DNA of 55,818 nt from a virus (Duplodnaviria > Caudoviricetes): the IMG/VR virus record IMGVR_UViG_3300028822_000225, positions 1 through 55,818 of that record, one strand, 5' to 3'. Position numbers and translations under genes: made by a program. Below, piece by piece: positions 18,201-28,425 of the stretch; positions within the stretch are counted from its first letter, which is position 1, and the number at the start of each line of letters is the position of its first letter. The notes below the pieces were generated by a model, which was not told the origin of the DNA, made no database searches, and saw nothing but the letters and a program-made list of their open reading frames with translations.

Positions 18201-19762
18201 GAATACCATGTATCATTATCATTTGTACCAGAACCATAAAGAACCCCCGGATTTGTGGTGTCAATATAAAAAGTTGAATAATTACAAGTTTTTTGTCCCA
18301 AAGTATCATTAGAACAAATCATCCAATCATTTTCACCTTCAGAACTAGAAATACCTGTAACATTATTGTGGCATACTACTGTTGTATTTGTTTCCCCTCC
18401 ATTTAGGGAGTACCAACAGGAATCGGCTTCTCCATTTAATACTTTTAAAGAATAATTTAGAGTTGATTTTTGTGTTTGATAATATGTTTCTTCTTCAGGA
18501 AAGGTAAAATTAATTAAAGGGTCTTGATAAGATAAAACAGTAAAGTTAAATAAATAAAAATCCATGCTATCGGAAGGGCCATCACTTTCAGCGGCTATCT
18601 GTTCGAAGATTATATGCCAATTTTCTATCACCGATATATCTTTTGTAGCAAGTATTTCTGTATCATTTGAAAATGTTACTGTTTCTGCAGAAGAGTCTAT
18701 ATCTAAAGAATAATCTACTGGAGATTGTTCTAATTCTGTTTCTGAAAAAGAATAGATTAGAGTTGAATTCCATTCGTCTACCTTATCATTCATTGTGGAA
18801 GATGTTCCACAGGTTGGGCCTGAAGATGATTCATCTTTTGTAAAATAAAGATTAGATACCGCACTATCTTCTGTTCCATTTATTGTAAAATTTATTTGAT
18901 AATCTTCCCCCTCTTTAAAGTCTTGGTTTGTCCAAAAAGCAGCCCATCTTCTCACAGAATTACCTGGAGCCGAATTAGCTAAAACATAAGCCCTCAAAGA
19001 ACCATCAGTATAAAAATTACCTTCCTCTACTACACTTTCACTTCCTGGATTAGAACCTCCCTGACAACTGTATGTTTTGTTATCCCATAAACTCTCATTA
19101 ATACTAGAATCCTCAAAATCATCATTCCAATAATATCTGCTTGTATAATAGGGGTCAAAAAGTCTAACATAAAAAGTCTCGTTATTTGAATTAATATCAT
19201 ATTGTGCCGAAAGCGAATTAGAACCATAAGGCCAACCAATCCACGCCCACCTATAATCTTTTTGAAGTTCAACATTCATATTCTTCCCAAAAGATAATTC
19301 TGTTTCATCAATTAATTTTCTTTTTTCCCCTGTATCAGTTAAATCATCTACTGTATAACGATAGAATTTTCCTTTAGCATTCAAAACAGTAACTTTATGG
19401 CTAATTGGGAAATATTCAACCCCCTCTACATCTCCTCTAAAATAATATGTATCAATAATTACTTGTCCTCTTTGATAAGGGGTTCTACGTTCTATCCAGA
19501 TTTCTTGTGTTTCATTATTTATTCTTTTATCTATTTGTATTCCATCGGTTTGTCTGTACATTATACTAGTACCATCGAATAGACGATTTTCTTCGCGGCC
19601 AGCAACAGTCCAAATCCAAGAATAGTTTTCATGAGGAACATAAAAAGTTGTTTTATCATTATCTACACGGATTCTTACCTTATCCATATATTGGATATAA
19701 ATTATACTACTAGAGACAATAATAAGGAGTAATATCCCTATTGTTATTTTTTTCTTGTCCAT
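15260..19762 (-). CDS. 1500-aa N-terminally anchored surface or adhesin-like protein with Ig-like repeats
   Basis: KKK followed by a TM segment. Contains DDFED/DDFND lectin-like domains, Ig-like units (CWYSLNGG, D..GN) and many N-X-S/T sequons. Confidence 0.75.
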   Translation of the reverse strand: MDKKKITIGILLLIIVSSSIIYIQYMDKVRIRVDNDKTTFYVPHENYSWIWTVAGREENRLFDGTSIMYRQTDGIQIDKRINNETQEIWIERRTPYQRGQVIIDTYYFRGDVEGVEYFPISHKVTVLNAKGKFYRYTVDDLTDTGEKRKLIDETELSFGKNMNVELQKDYRWAWIGWPYGSNSLSAQYDINSNNETFYVRLFDPYYTSRYYWNDDFEDSSINESLWDNKTYSCQGGSNPGSESVVEEGNFYTDGSLRAYVLANSAPGNSVRRWAAFWTNQDFKEGEDYQINFTINGTEDSAVSNLYFTKDESSSGPTCGTSSTMNDKVDEWNSTLIYSFSETELEQSPVDYSLDIDSSAETVTFSNDTEILATKDISVIENWHIIFEQIAAESDGPSDSMDFYLFNFTVLSYQDPLINFTFPEEETYYQTQKSTLNYSLKVLNGEADSCWYSLNGGETNTTVVCHNNVTGISSSEGENDWMICSNDTLGQKTCNYSTFYIDTTNPGVLYGSGTNDNDTWYSTPNITIDAIVNENNTKNITFRLYNETGEYNITSYNMKTENDNNSIIFYDVPNGNYTFNFTVFDLSGRNNSSESRITYIDSISPIISYTPNSDDSNTSANFNNKDWIFVNVSITETKEDEIVFNLYTREGIVNSTSSSDGKRTINWTGLSGGTMYYWNVSIIDKAGNKENAGVRKYGEEIINFSIQREYDNVSAELGTDIELNGTNTLDNICFSIDHPDYGKNYTCSFWDNLINLTINYFNKKLFSDGSSYKNFVFGGIHVDDENLSITSHRYDEVVNLSFNMSGDAKNVLFYGCNTTTRDRIYEGVLRNKNIYLNKTTTGETNKTIGFSSKGDSLIYFYLDDNANIKNISLNISSEKFGFNYTNSFSNYSDIDESQTDAHLALIGKILPKKSNKKNYTFDDFNDGAINSSLWTYSCPVSSSSEIVCTSETGGNLKSRIFSDNGDDLASATLPVYTYNISGVQSEDIYFPLEVDFFGSMSNDFGVGGDNFIQFGGEKIWEMNIPPSDLPSGSSEASAKLFFHIEQFNTSHFKVTIDGTENSSNTDGYSKEIVYDNNVTYVSASIVNFLNFYISITKGSDDPYVDNTLLVDYINRTLSERENSSVISNSIYNPNSNIQNIDNITLSGFFPENETLSPYLSADDGQNWEGVSLNSAHSFSNPGKNLRWRLDFNISEPKDKTNSIEISKISIQLEKNNLSNLTFDFGNDGISDYNISGIFSKSNGSKIINLTNSDLSSSFVEDSQIYSHLYKIPLEIGTDTPGELDINWINITYDPNPVFINTTFIQDYLNNYGEGITNFTIPLRSQEGSVNITNLNYNYAGGNETIKVTAQNNDNSLNLTRYVTFYYSRWDYSFVPNLVDFLEFVPDSPSKNNVTPYGQSDINPIINITNYGYGGKDSNLSVYLENTSNCVNLTISTTNSKSDGYQLNESWEEIVSNKEYLNTTNIWMWADYDCSYNNWRLFNPNLYFRQCANNTYCSEDLI

Positions 19763-20199
19763 TATATATTAACTCCTTCTAAAAATTTAACTTCAACCTC
19801 ATACCTTCCATGGTCGTCTCCACTATACGTGGGATTATCTTGAGATTCCTCCGAAACAGTACATTCTTCTACATACCCTGTTATAGAGTCTGTGGAACCA
19901 GCTAATCCCACACAATCATCATAGGCAAGGGTTACCGTTCCCCCATTTAGACCTGCTCCACGAAAAATAGTTACCAAGTTTTCTTTATCTGTTGCTGTTT
20001 GAATCCATCCTTTTATATTAAGATAATGAGTAACTCTAAGTAAATCCACTATTTTTGTTGATTTTGGACCTGATGATTGGTTACTTTTTGTCTGAGGAGG
20101 GGTTATTGGGAAAAGTTTATTCTTGTATTCTTCATCCACCCGTGTAGAATAAATAGTCACTGAAGTTCCACCTTTTGACAAAGTTATATTTGATGCCAT
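19762..20199 (-). CDS. Distal tail (Dit)-like protein
   Basis: Directly follows the TMP gene. 145 aa with a beta-rich pattern. Confidence 0.55.
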   Translation of the reverse strand: MASNITLSKGGTSVTIYSTRVDEEYKNKLFPITPPQTKSNQSSGPKSTKIVDLLRVTHYLNIKGWIQTATDKENLVTIFRGAGLNGGTVTLAYDDCVGLAGSTDSITGYVEECTVSEESQDNPTYSGDDHGRYEVEVKFLEGVNI

Positions 20200-21686
20200 T
20201 ATGTATTTACGAGCCTCCTTGTCTCATTTACCATTTTACGATTATTTCTTTCTAACATACTTTCAAATTCTTTCTTATCTGATACATTTACATTATATGT
20301 AACATTTAGATTAACATTCCCCCCAAATCCATTCTTACTCCCAATAATAGTATCATTCATATCTGTCTTTATTAATCTCCCCCCTGGCTGTAATATAAAA
20401 TCTTCTACTTCCTCTATTTTTTCCCCTGTAAAAGGGTCCCTCCCCCATTTTTTTAATCTATTCATCTTATCTATATTTTTTCTTGTATCCACCACTCCAA
20501 GGTTAGCATCATAAACAATATCTGTTGGTTCTTGTCCGCCAAATATATCTTTTAATGGAACACCTTCCTTAAACATTTCGAAAGAAGATTCTACCTCATC
20601 AATCGTATTTTGAACTTTTTCTCTTATCCAATTTCCAGTTTTTTCCATCCATTTGAATTTTATTTCTGCCAAAACCAAAAAAGTTAATGCACCAACAGTT
20701 ATTGCTGCAGGTAGAGAAGCTCCAACCAAAAGTGCAGCAATCCCTGCAGAAATCCCAGATATAAAAAAATCTTGAAGAGACTTAGAAATCTGTTCCTCTT
20801 TCATCCCTTTAAATGCAAAGGTTATTGCTGCAGTTATTGCTATTGCCGTCCCAACCCCTTTTAAAATACCTTTTAGTCCAGAAACCTTACCTTTTGCTGT
20901 ATTTGCAGAATTACCAATTCCAGTTATATTTGCTGCTGTTTGCCCAAAATTCATCATCTTCAAACTAGCCAAACCAAGCCCTAATTGGCCTATTACAAAT
21001 AATGCTCCACCGATTACACTACCCAAGACAACCATAACACCTATCACTCTACGAGTAGATTCTGGCATATCCATCATCCACTCCATAATTGGAAAAAGAA
21101 TATTAAGTAAATCTTCTGCAATAGGTAAAAAGAAAACTCCAAGTGTTTGTCCAAGTAAGTCGGTAATTCCCATCCATTCCATAGAAGTCTTAATTAACCC
21201 ATTAAAGGTTCTCTGTAAAGACATACCAAAAAACATAACTCCTAACAATTCAAATTGGAATCCTTGTGCAGATTCAGACATGCCATCAAAAGTTCTAATT
21301 TGATTTTGTCCATATCCTCCTAATCTTTGGAATGAGGTCCCAATTCCAGAGTATCTCTCATTTATGGATGTTGCTAAATTTGATGTTTGTTCTCTAATGC
21401 TTTGTTGGTTTTTAATAAAAGAATTGGCAGCAGCTCTCCCTGATTGAACAAGTTCTTTATTAAATCTAGAAACAGTATCGGTAGTGGATTCAAATACTGA
21501 ACCCAACATCCGTAGATTTGTTGCTTCTTCCTGTCTCAATCTAATATTATTCGCCAAAATTGAGGATTGGGACCTATTTATCTTTTGATTTTTTTGGATA
21601 TTTTGTGCCAACATATCCATAGATTTCCTCACAAATTCAAAACCTTTCTGTTGTGCTTCTATCAAAACTCCTAATTTTGTAACCAT
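20199..21686 (-). CDS. Tape measure protein
   Basis: Follows the tail tube and chaperone genes. Helical and A/G-rich with hydrophobic segments and a C-terminal NLNVTYNVNV. Confidence 0.8.
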   Translation of the reverse strand: MVTKLGVLIEAQQKGFEFVRKSMDMLAQNIQKNQKINRSQSSILANNIRLRQEEATNLRMLGSVFESTTDTVSRFNKELVQSGRAAANSFIKNQQSIREQTSNLATSINERYSGIGTSFQRLGGYGQNQIRTFDGMSESAQGFQFELLGVMFFGMSLQRTFNGLIKTSMEWMGITDLLGQTLGVFFLPIAEDLLNILFPIMEWMMDMPESTRRVIGVMVVLGSVIGGALFVIGQLGLGLASLKMMNFGQTAANITGIGNSANTAKGKVSGLKGILKGVGTAIAITAAITFAFKGMKEEQISKSLQDFFISGISAGIAALLVGASLPAAITVGALTFLVLAEIKFKWMEKTGNWIREKVQNTIDEVESSFEMFKEGVPLKDIFGGQEPTDIVYDANLGVVDTRKNIDKMNRLKKWGRDPFTGEKIEEVEDFILQPGGRLIKTDMNDTIIGSKNGFGGNVNLNVTYNVNVSDKKEFESMLERNNRKMVNETRRLVNT

Positions 21687-21687
21687 T

Positions 21688-21900
21688 TTATTTCTTCTTT
21701 TTCATAGCTTTTTTTTCTAGCTCATGCCTTTTATTTATCATTTTAAGGAGGTAATTCATTGTTGGGATGGGGAGTTCATTGAGTTCTTTTAATGTCCATC
21801 CAAATTCCTTCATAAGAACATACATATTCTCAATAAGATTTTCCTCATAACCTTCTTTAGCGAGAATATCTCTTCTCAAATCAGGAATTTTGTTTTTCAT
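21688..21900 (-). CDS. Tail assembly chaperone, downstream (T-like) part
   Basis: LMKEFGWTLKELNELP motif typical of the ORF immediately before TMP genes. Confidence 0.65.
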   Translation of the reverse strand: MKNKIPDLRRDILAKEGYEENLIENMYVLMKEFGWTLKELNELPIPTMNYLLKMINKRHELEKKAMKKKK

Positions 21901-22258
21901 TCTCTTCTAATAATTTCTTTTTAGCATCTGACACATCAATGTTGTTAACACTACTTACAGCATTCATTATCTCTTCTAAGAACTTAACTCTAACTTGATT
22001 GATTTCCTCGTCTTTTGCATCAGGGTCAATCTGTTTCAAGACTAATTTAATAACCTCTTTGGTTGCATTAGCCTGAATAGTCGGGTCTTTGCTAGACATC
22101 TTAGTAAGTAGGGGAAGTTCATTTATAGTGAAAGGTTTCAACATATACTTTTCACCAGCTATTTCAACTTCCTGTGGTTTTGCCAAAAACTTATCAAGTT
22201 TTCCCATTTTTTCCTCCGAATGATTTAATTGGTTGACCAGAAATACTTTTTCTGACAT
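21881..22258 (-). CDS. Tail assembly chaperone (G-like)
   Basis: EVEIAGEKYMLKPFT motif and gene position. The likely start is MGKLDK at about 22207, with GGAGG upstream. Confidence 0.65.
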   Translation of the reverse strand: MSEKVFLVNQLNHSEEKMGKLDKFLAKPQEVEIAGEKYMLKPFTINELPLLTKMSSKDPTIQANATKEVIKLVLKQIDPDAKDEEINQVRVKFLEEIMNAVSSVNNIDVSDAKKKLLEENEKQNS

Positions 22259-22493
22259 TTTCTGAAGTATCTTCAGGTTGATTATTAATTAATTGGATTG
22301 CTAATTCTGAATTCAAAAATTTGGATTTGAATAATTCGTATTCATTTGCTTGTTTTATTAAATAAGCAAGAACTTGGCCATAATCATCACAAAATTCATC
22401 TTTTGCTCTTTCCTTTATGTAGGTCTTTGCCCAACTAGGAAGTCTACTTATGACCAAGCCTTTCAATTCAATCTTATCCTTAATTTCACTCAT
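22194..22493 (-). CDS. Hypothetical protein
   Basis: Lies between the tail tube and chaperone genes. Confidence 0.6.
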   Translation of the reverse strand: MSEIKDKIELKGLVISRLPSWAKTYIKERAKDEFCDDYGQVLAYLIKQANEYELFKSKFLNSELAIQLINNQPEDTSENVRKSISGQPIKSFGGKNGKT

Positions 22494-22495
22494 TC

Positions 22496-23080
22496 TTAAC
22501 TACTAGTGTACGAACTAACTTCACTTAATGTCTTACCAGTAGAACCGTCTGTAGACTCATAAGTTATGTTAGATGTACCAGATTTATTGAACGGTGTCAC
22601 TTTATATGTAATAGTGAATTTCCATACGCCATCAGTGAAACTTGCATTCACATTAGTAAAATGACCATTTTGGAATGTATATCTTATAGCAGCATCCCCT
22701 TCAGAGGTAGCACTAGTTGCATTAGTTTGACTAGCGTTATCTGTAGCGAGAACAACTAATTGATATTCATATCTTGTTAGGTCTGTACTTATACTAAGTG
22801 GTTGTGTTGTATCCTGTGAGTGCATTAGGTCGTAAAAACCATTACCAGTTGTGCTAGTAGAACCAAGTTCAACAGCATAACCCTCTAAAGTTATTTCTGT
22901 AGGTTCTTGTGGGTTGAATTTTTTCAATCTTCCCCCCGCAATTGTGGCAATCTGGTCAAAATCTTTTGCACCACCAGAGATGTCAACAGTTTCAATCATA
23001 GCCTTGAAATCCATATCACTTCCGTCTTTCTTAGTTATACTAAGATAAGTGCTTCCATCACTAAATGTATCATAGGCCAT
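22496..23080 (-). CDS. Major tail tube protein
   Basis: S/T-rich beta protein with EITLEG and W.FTIT motifs. AGGAG upstream and canonical position. Confidence 0.75.
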   Translation of the reverse strand: MAYDTFSDGSTYLSITKKDGSDMDFKAMIETVDISGGAKDFDQIATIAGGRLKKFNPQEPTEITLEGYAVELGSTSTTGNGFYDLMHSQDTTQPLSISTDLTRYEYQLVVLATDNASQTNATSATSEGDAAIRYTFQNGHFTNVNASFTDGVWKFTITYKVTPFNKSGTSNITYESTDGSTGKTLSEVSSYTSS

Positions 23081-23081
23081 A

Positions 23082-23282
23082 TTATTTTCTCCTTATTGTT
23101 TTAGTTTTCTTCCTAGGAATCCTAGTACTGCTATTCTTCTTTTCTACTGGTCTGAATATTTCGAATGAACGAGAATCATAAACAATTTTTTCCCCTTCAA
23201 TAATCCCTTTCGGAGGAACTACAACAATTTTTCCATGAATCCAAAGCCTTTTTGGAGATTTGGTCTTATTTCTTAATTTCAT
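23082..23282 (-). CDS. Small basic hypothetical protein
   Basis: Coupled to both neighbours. Confidence 0.55.
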   Translation of the reverse strand: MKLRNKTKSPKRLWIHGKIVVVPPKGIIEGEKIVYDSRSFEIFRPVEKKNSSTRIPRKKTKTIRRK

Positions 23283-23782
23283 CTTGATTTTTGTATCGCC
23301 CTCTGTACGAATTTATTTAAGTGAGTAGGTATTTTGGGTCTAAATCTTCTAAGTGCAGGTTCAACGAAAGGTCCTCTCCAATGCACAGTAACATATCCTT
23401 CAGGTTGTACTCCAAGTTCCTTGGCCGTTTTACCAACAGTAGAACCAGGCATACTTTCATGTCTTTTTAATACTCCTATTGATACTTGATGCATTCTAAA
23501 TCCTTCTTCCAACATCCTCATATATTCTTCTGTTCTACCAAAACCAACATAAACTATTGCTCCTTGTTTTGTTTTTTTGTATTCTATACTTTTAAATCCT
23601 TTCTTAGAAGACCATTGGCTTGAACCATATCCTCTAATCTTAAAACTTCTCCTTATATTGTCTCTAAGTAATCTTGACATTTGAGGGATTCCTACATCCC
23701 TAACTTCTCTTCGAATATTTGGGGGAAGGCTTCTAAGTAATTTCTGTGTCTCTTTCAACCCTGTTACTCTAACTTGCATCAT
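23279..23782 (-). CDS. HK97 gp10-like neck / tail completion protein
   Basis: V.GLKE...L, Y...LEEG and PFVEPAL motifs. Confidence 0.75.
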   Translation of the reverse strand: MMQVRVTGLKETQKLLRSLPPNIRREVRDVGIPQMSRLLRDNIRRSFKIRGYGSSQWSSKKGFKSIEYKKTKQGAIVYVGFGRTEEYMRMLEEGFRMHQVSIGVLKRHESMPGSTVGKTAKELGVQPEGYVTVHWRGPFVEPALRRFRPKIPTHLNKFVQRAIQKSR

Positions 23783-23783
23783 T

Positions 23784-24272
23784 TTAATGTGAACGTGTCT
23801 TAGTGTACCTAGTTATAAAACTATATGTAACACTTCGTACATGAACTTTAATTTGGTCTCTTTGAGCAGAATCAGAATCCATACTAGCCATAGTTATTTT
23901 ATGTATCTTGTTATCAGCTAAATCATCTTTCCTAGTCTCAATAGAATTCATTATTTTATTCATAAACTTGTCGGCTGCTTCTGAATTTGTAGTCCATATT
24001 TCTATTGTAATCTCTCCTGTCAATTGTTCTTTATCTAATGTAAATGATTCACTTGAAAAAGTGGGAGAACTTATTACAAGAAGAGGATAAGTGCTTTTTT
24101 TGTCTATTTGGGTATCTGGGAAAGAACTTGTTGCTTTAGTTAAATTATGAGTGATATTATGAGAATCAGTAACGCTTTCACCGACTACGTCAGAGACTAA
24201 ACTATCATAAAAGTTTTTCCAAGATTCGCTTACTAATGTTGTTTTTGTTAAAGCACTTGCCAATTTACTCAC
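23784..24272 (-). CDS. Tail terminator-like protein
   Basis: YPLLVI and ITIEIWT motifs. Size and position fit. Confidence 0.65.
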   Translation of the reverse strand: MSKLASALTKTTLVSESWKNFYDSLVSDVVGESVTDSHNITHNLTKATSSFPDTQIDKKSTYPLLVISSPTFSSESFTLDKEQLTGEITIEIWTTNSEAADKFMNKIMNSIETRKDDLADNKIHKITMASMDSDSAQRDQIKVHVRSVTYSFITRYTKTRSH

Positions 24273-24332
24273 CCGAGTTTATTTTGCTCTCCTGAGCTAA
24301 TAATTTATAGTTTTATAACTTTATAAAAGTTG

Positions 24333-24926
24333 TTATACTTTATTGCATCGCACTTCATGGCATTGAGTAGCTCCCTGAAGTCTATGTGTTATAACATCTT
24401 TTATTTCATAATTATTCTCATCAAATTTAATCTTATTTGCTACAGATAGTCCCGTTACTGTAGACTTGGCGAAAAAGGTTTTATCTCCTGGACTATATCT
24501 TCCTTCACGATTAAATTCTTCATCTCCATTAATATCATTATGAACTACTGTAATTGTTGAACTACTTGTTGTTTGAGACATATCTCCCCATGCAGAATAA
24601 GTAGTTTCACTAGCAGTAATCAATATTACATCTTCACCATATCTATCAATTTGTCTGTCTACTATAGTAACACTTACACTCTCAGCAGTTGTAGTATAAA
24701 TAATTGAGATATTCATATCATCATAAATCTTCCGTGTAAAAGTAATTGTGCTGCTAGAATCATTATGGGTTACATTATAGTCGCTTGTACTTACTAAAAG
24801 ACCACTTACATAAACTTCAAAATTCTCGCTTTCAGTGAGTTCAGTATTATTCAAAGTTAGTACTCTATTCGTCTCTCCTGAATTTCCTGTACATTCACTT
24901 CCGGTTCTATCTTCTTGTGTAGCCAT
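24333..24926 (-). CDS. Head closure (stopper) protein with an extra N-terminal domain
   Basis: C-terminal YGEDV.L...DKTFF...KIKFD...YEIKDV. N-terminal VYVSG...DY.V...ITF beta domain. Confidence 0.65.
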   Translation of the reverse strand: MATQEDRTGSECTGNSGETNRVLTLNNTELTESENFEVYVSGLLVSTSDYNVTHNDSSSTITFTRKIYDDMNISIIYTTTAESVSVTIVDRQIDRYGEDVILITASETTYSAWGDMSQTTSSSTITVVHNDINGDEEFNREGRYSPGDKTFFAKSTVTGLSVANKIKFDENNYEIKDVITHRLQGATQCHEVRCNKV

Positions 24927-24957
24927 ATTTTTATAAGGTTATAATTTTATTTAAACT

Positions 24958-27900
24958 TTATGTAGGTACTATCCCCTCCCTAACATTTGTGTAATATTTA
25001 CATCCGGGAGGAATTATTAGTTTTCCTGGTTCTTCTTTCCAACAATTTTCTGAGATTACTTCTTCCACAATTGTGACATTCCAATGGCTTGTTTCATTTG
25101 AAATACTCATGTTACTTGTTACATTTGCAAATGCAAAAAATTCATAAGTATCTAAATCTCCTGTTGCATTTACATAGAAAGTCACTGTTTCACTTTGTCC
25201 TGAACTTAAACTGCTTGTTGTTAATGGATTTGAACTTGCATTTGTATAAAAAGCATCTGTTCCGTTAGTAAAATCTGATTCTATTGGTATTAATCCTGAT
25301 TTTGTGGTTGAGGAAACCTCTGAATATGTGATATTGAGATAAGGTCTCAAAGAGGTATTTGAATGTTCTTTAGAATAAAAATGTGTATCTTCGGTAACAT
25401 CCGCCTCACTCTTAAAGAATATACTGGAATTAGGGTACAAATTTACATAATCACTGTTTATCCAGGACGTAATATCACATTTTTTCCACCCAGTGCTTCC
25501 GGCATAGAAAGTATCCAATATTGCACCAACACTTTCATTATCTGTTGTTCCATCCTCCTCATTCCATGACCTATTAGTATATTCATAACATCCATAATCA
25601 TAAAAACTCTGGTCATATATGTTTAGATAAAGGGTAGCATTATCTATCTGCTGACCTTCTGGTATCCCACTAATATTAAACATCATCAATGTAGGGTATA
25701 CACCCACAATATCATCTAAATTCTGTGTTGCTACAGTAAGATTATGGGATGCACCACCCCTATAGTTGTCATAGTCATTAAGTATTTCTGTATCAGGGGT
25801 CTCTAATATAACTATCGGGTCTAAACTAACATTAACAGTACCACAACTACCAGAAAGACAAGTAACATTAAGAGTTACATTAAAGAATTCATTTTGAGTT
25901 GCATTATAGTTATTATCTACTAAATTTGGATATATTCTTTCTATTGAAGTATCTATTGTTTCTTCAGTTGTGAAATTCCATGTATCTGAAGTTGTTGTGG
26001 AAGTTCCATCTGTTACATTAACATACCATTGATAATCTGTAAGTTCGGATAGACCAGACCAAGTGCAAAGAACATCGCTTCCATTTTCTATGTTTGTGTT
26101 ATTATTACAGATGGTTGTGTGGTCTGAATTGTTTATGAAAGTTACATTCATAGCATCTCCATCTGAATCTGTTATTGTTACATTCAAAAGAGGGTTAAGA
26201 GATTGTCCTGAGGCATCATCTGTTGGAGCATTTAGTGTTGGAGAGGATGGAGCAGAGTTTCCTGCACTTTCTGTCTCCTCAGCATCAAGTGAAACATGAT
26301 TTGATTTTTCGTATAAAGTGCTTACTTCTGAACTTGAGAGCGCTCTGTCGTATATTTGGACTTCGTCTATAATAGAATTTTCTTGAGTAAGCCAATAACC
26401 TTGAGAAGAATGCCATTTAACATTAAGTTTAGTATACATATTTTCGGGTGGAACAACATCAGAAACATTCCCAATATTTATTCCATTAAGATATACTTCT
26501 ATTTTATTACCTGAAGGATTACTATCATCCAAAACAATACCTAAAAAATAAAATTCACCATAGTTTAAAGAATGTGAAATTATATCACCAAATCCAATTC
26601 CATTTAAATTACCTGTTACTCCAACAGTATCATCTGTAGGATTAATAAAAGAACTCCAGTGGTCTTTATCAGGGTCGGGGCCAGAACCCGTTGTTTCATT
26701 TGCATTTCCAAAAAGGTAAGCATTTCCTCCAGTTGTATTTGAAGCTATTTTAATCCATCCTGTATATGTTTTTTGAGAATCTCCAACACCCAATCTGTTT
26801 GAAGACAATGTAACATCTTCTTCACTACCATCTGTCTGGTCTGTAAAACTAAAAGAATTATTTATTTTACCTGTTACTCCTCTTGTTGCTCCGTTATTTG
26901 TTCCATCATTTCCTCCTATATAATCTTTTACATCTCCTGAACTTCTATCTAAAGCATAATGAGCAACTAAACCTTCAGGAGGATTAGGACAACTACTTCT
27001 ATTATTTAAAGTATCAATTATACATGTTTCGGTTGTATTATTTGCAGTTACAGCATCAGTATCATTATTATAATAAACACTTGCACTTGAACCTGAAGGA
27101 ACACCATATAAAACCTCGTTATTTCCGTCTCCATCTATATCTGAAGTACAAGAAGTTCCTCCCGAACAATTAAGTGGAAGTAATAAATTTGAACTTGAGT
27201 TTGTTATGTTTCTTTTGTATGTGAAAGAACTATTCCACCATGGGTCTAATAAATATAAATTTCCATCATTATAAGCACTAATCACATTTTCTCCATAACT
27301 ACTCGGATAACCTGCAAAATCATATTTTCCCTGAGTTCCAGGGATTACTTCCATATATGCTCTAACTTTATAAGTTTGATTTGCTTCTATTGGAACATTG
27401 CTTGCATAATACCAAGTATCTTTTCCATTCAAATCTCTATTAATTTTTCCTAATTCCCCTGAAATATCTTGCCATTCTGTATATTCCCAATGTTTTGTTT
27501 CCCAAGTTAAATTATAGTCGTTACTGGATTGAGTATAACTATCAAAACAAAAGACTTCTGTTGTTTCATTAGTTCCATTCAAACCCAAATAACTTACTTC
27601 TTGGTGTATATTATTATATTCATTCCCATAATCACAAGGCAATTCTGTGGGAGCATTATTTGTTACATTATAAACTGTCTTTGTGTGTGTTGTATTCCAT
27701 GTTTCATTTGTTGGATTATATAACGCCGCACTTCTTGGAATTGTATTTGATGTATTAAACCCCCAGATTACATTTATATCTCCAGTGTATGTTTTTGATT
27801 TAATATCAAATTCTACATAATCTGAACTTTTTAATGTATGTGGTTCTGCTGAAATATAAGCATTAGAATCATTTACAAATACCTTACTTCCCTCTATTTG

Positions 27901-28425
27901 TGCTTGTATACCTTCCCAAACAGGGTCTATTCTATCTACTCCACTAAATGCTCCCCACTTAATATTATCAAAAGGATTATTTTTATATGCAGTAATTCTT
28001 AATTGATAATCTCTATCTTCTCTAAAAGCATAAGAATACTTGTTGTCTTCCATATTATTTTCTGGAGCTCCACACCAAGTATATTGACAGGTTTCGTTTA
28101 AAGGAATTTCTCTCCAACCACTTCCCCAACTTCTTTCTAATTTCCAGCTTTTTACATTTGGGTCAAAGTCAAAAGGAGTATTCCTGCCCCAGGGGTCATA
28201 ATTTACTGGATAAATAAAAATATCTTCTTCTGCTGTGAAGTTAATAAAAGCATAACAAGGGTCTTCTATTGTACCTGCACAAACCATATCATCAGAATAG
28301 CTTACATTACTAATTGCTCCTATTGCAAATAAATACATAAAGATTAATCCGATTAGAGTTCCACCCGTTAATCCTGCTTTTTTCCAATATTTTTTAACTG
28401 TTTCGGTATAAATTCGTTTAGCCAT
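24958..28425 (-). CDS. 1155-aa TM-anchored protein with LamG, Ig/FN3-like and DNRLRE-like domains
   Basis: N-terminal TM segment. LamG motifs GLVAHYALD and IDEVQIYDRALS. DNRLRE-like FNISGIP..IDNATL and SKE...RPYLNI. Many sequons. Confidence 0.8.
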   Translation of the reverse strand: MAKRIYTETVKKYWKKAGLTGGTLIGLIFMYLFAIGAISNVSYSDDMVCAGTIEDPCYAFINFTAEEDIFIYPVNYDPWGRNTPFDFDPNVKSWKLERSWGSGWREIPLNETCQYTWCGAPENNMEDNKYSYAFREDRDYQLRITAYKNNPFDNIKWGAFSGVDRIDPVWEGIQAQIEGSKVFVNDSNAYISAEPHTLKSSDYVEFDIKSKTYTGDINVIWGFNTSNTIPRSAALYNPTNETWNTTHTKTVYNVTNNAPTELPCDYGNEYNNIHQEVSYLGLNGTNETTEVFCFDSYTQSSNDYNLTWETKHWEYTEWQDISGELGKINRDLNGKDTWYYASNVPIEANQTYKVRAYMEVIPGTQGKYDFAGYPSSYGENVISAYNDGNLYLLDPWWNSSFTYKRNITNSSSNLLLPLNCSGGTSCTSDIDGDGNNEVLYGVPSGSSASVYYNNDTDAVTANNTTETCIIDTLNNRSSCPNPPEGLVAHYALDRSSGDVKDYIGGNDGTNNGATRGVTGKINNSFSFTDQTDGSEEDVTLSSNRLGVGDSQKTYTGWIKIASNTTGGNAYLFGNANETTGSGPDPDKDHWSSFINPTDDTVGVTGNLNGIGFGDIISHSLNYGEFYFLGIVLDDSNPSGNKIEVYLNGINIGNVSDVVPPENMYTKLNVKWHSSQGYWLTQENSIIDEVQIYDRALSSSEVSTLYEKSNHVSLDAEETESAGNSAPSSPTLNAPTDDASGQSLNPLLNVTITDSDGDAMNVTFINNSDHTTICNNNTNIENGSDVLCTWSGLSELTDYQWYVNVTDGTSTTTSDTWNFTTEETIDTSIERIYPNLVDNNYNATQNEFFNVTLNVTCLSGSCGTVNVSLDPIVILETPDTEILNDYDNYRGGASHNLTVATQNLDDIVGVYPTLMMFNISGIPEGQQIDNATLYLNIYDQSFYDYGCYEYTNRSWNEEDGTTDNESVGAILDTFYAGSTGWKKCDITSWINSDYVNLYPNSSIFFKSEADVTEDTHFYSKEHSNTSLRPYLNITYSEVSSTTKSGLIPIESDFTNGTDAFYTNASSNPLTTSSLSSGQSETVTFYVNATGDLDTYEFFAFANVTSNMSISNETSHWNVTIVEEVISENCWKEEPGKLIIPPGCKYYTNVREGIVPT

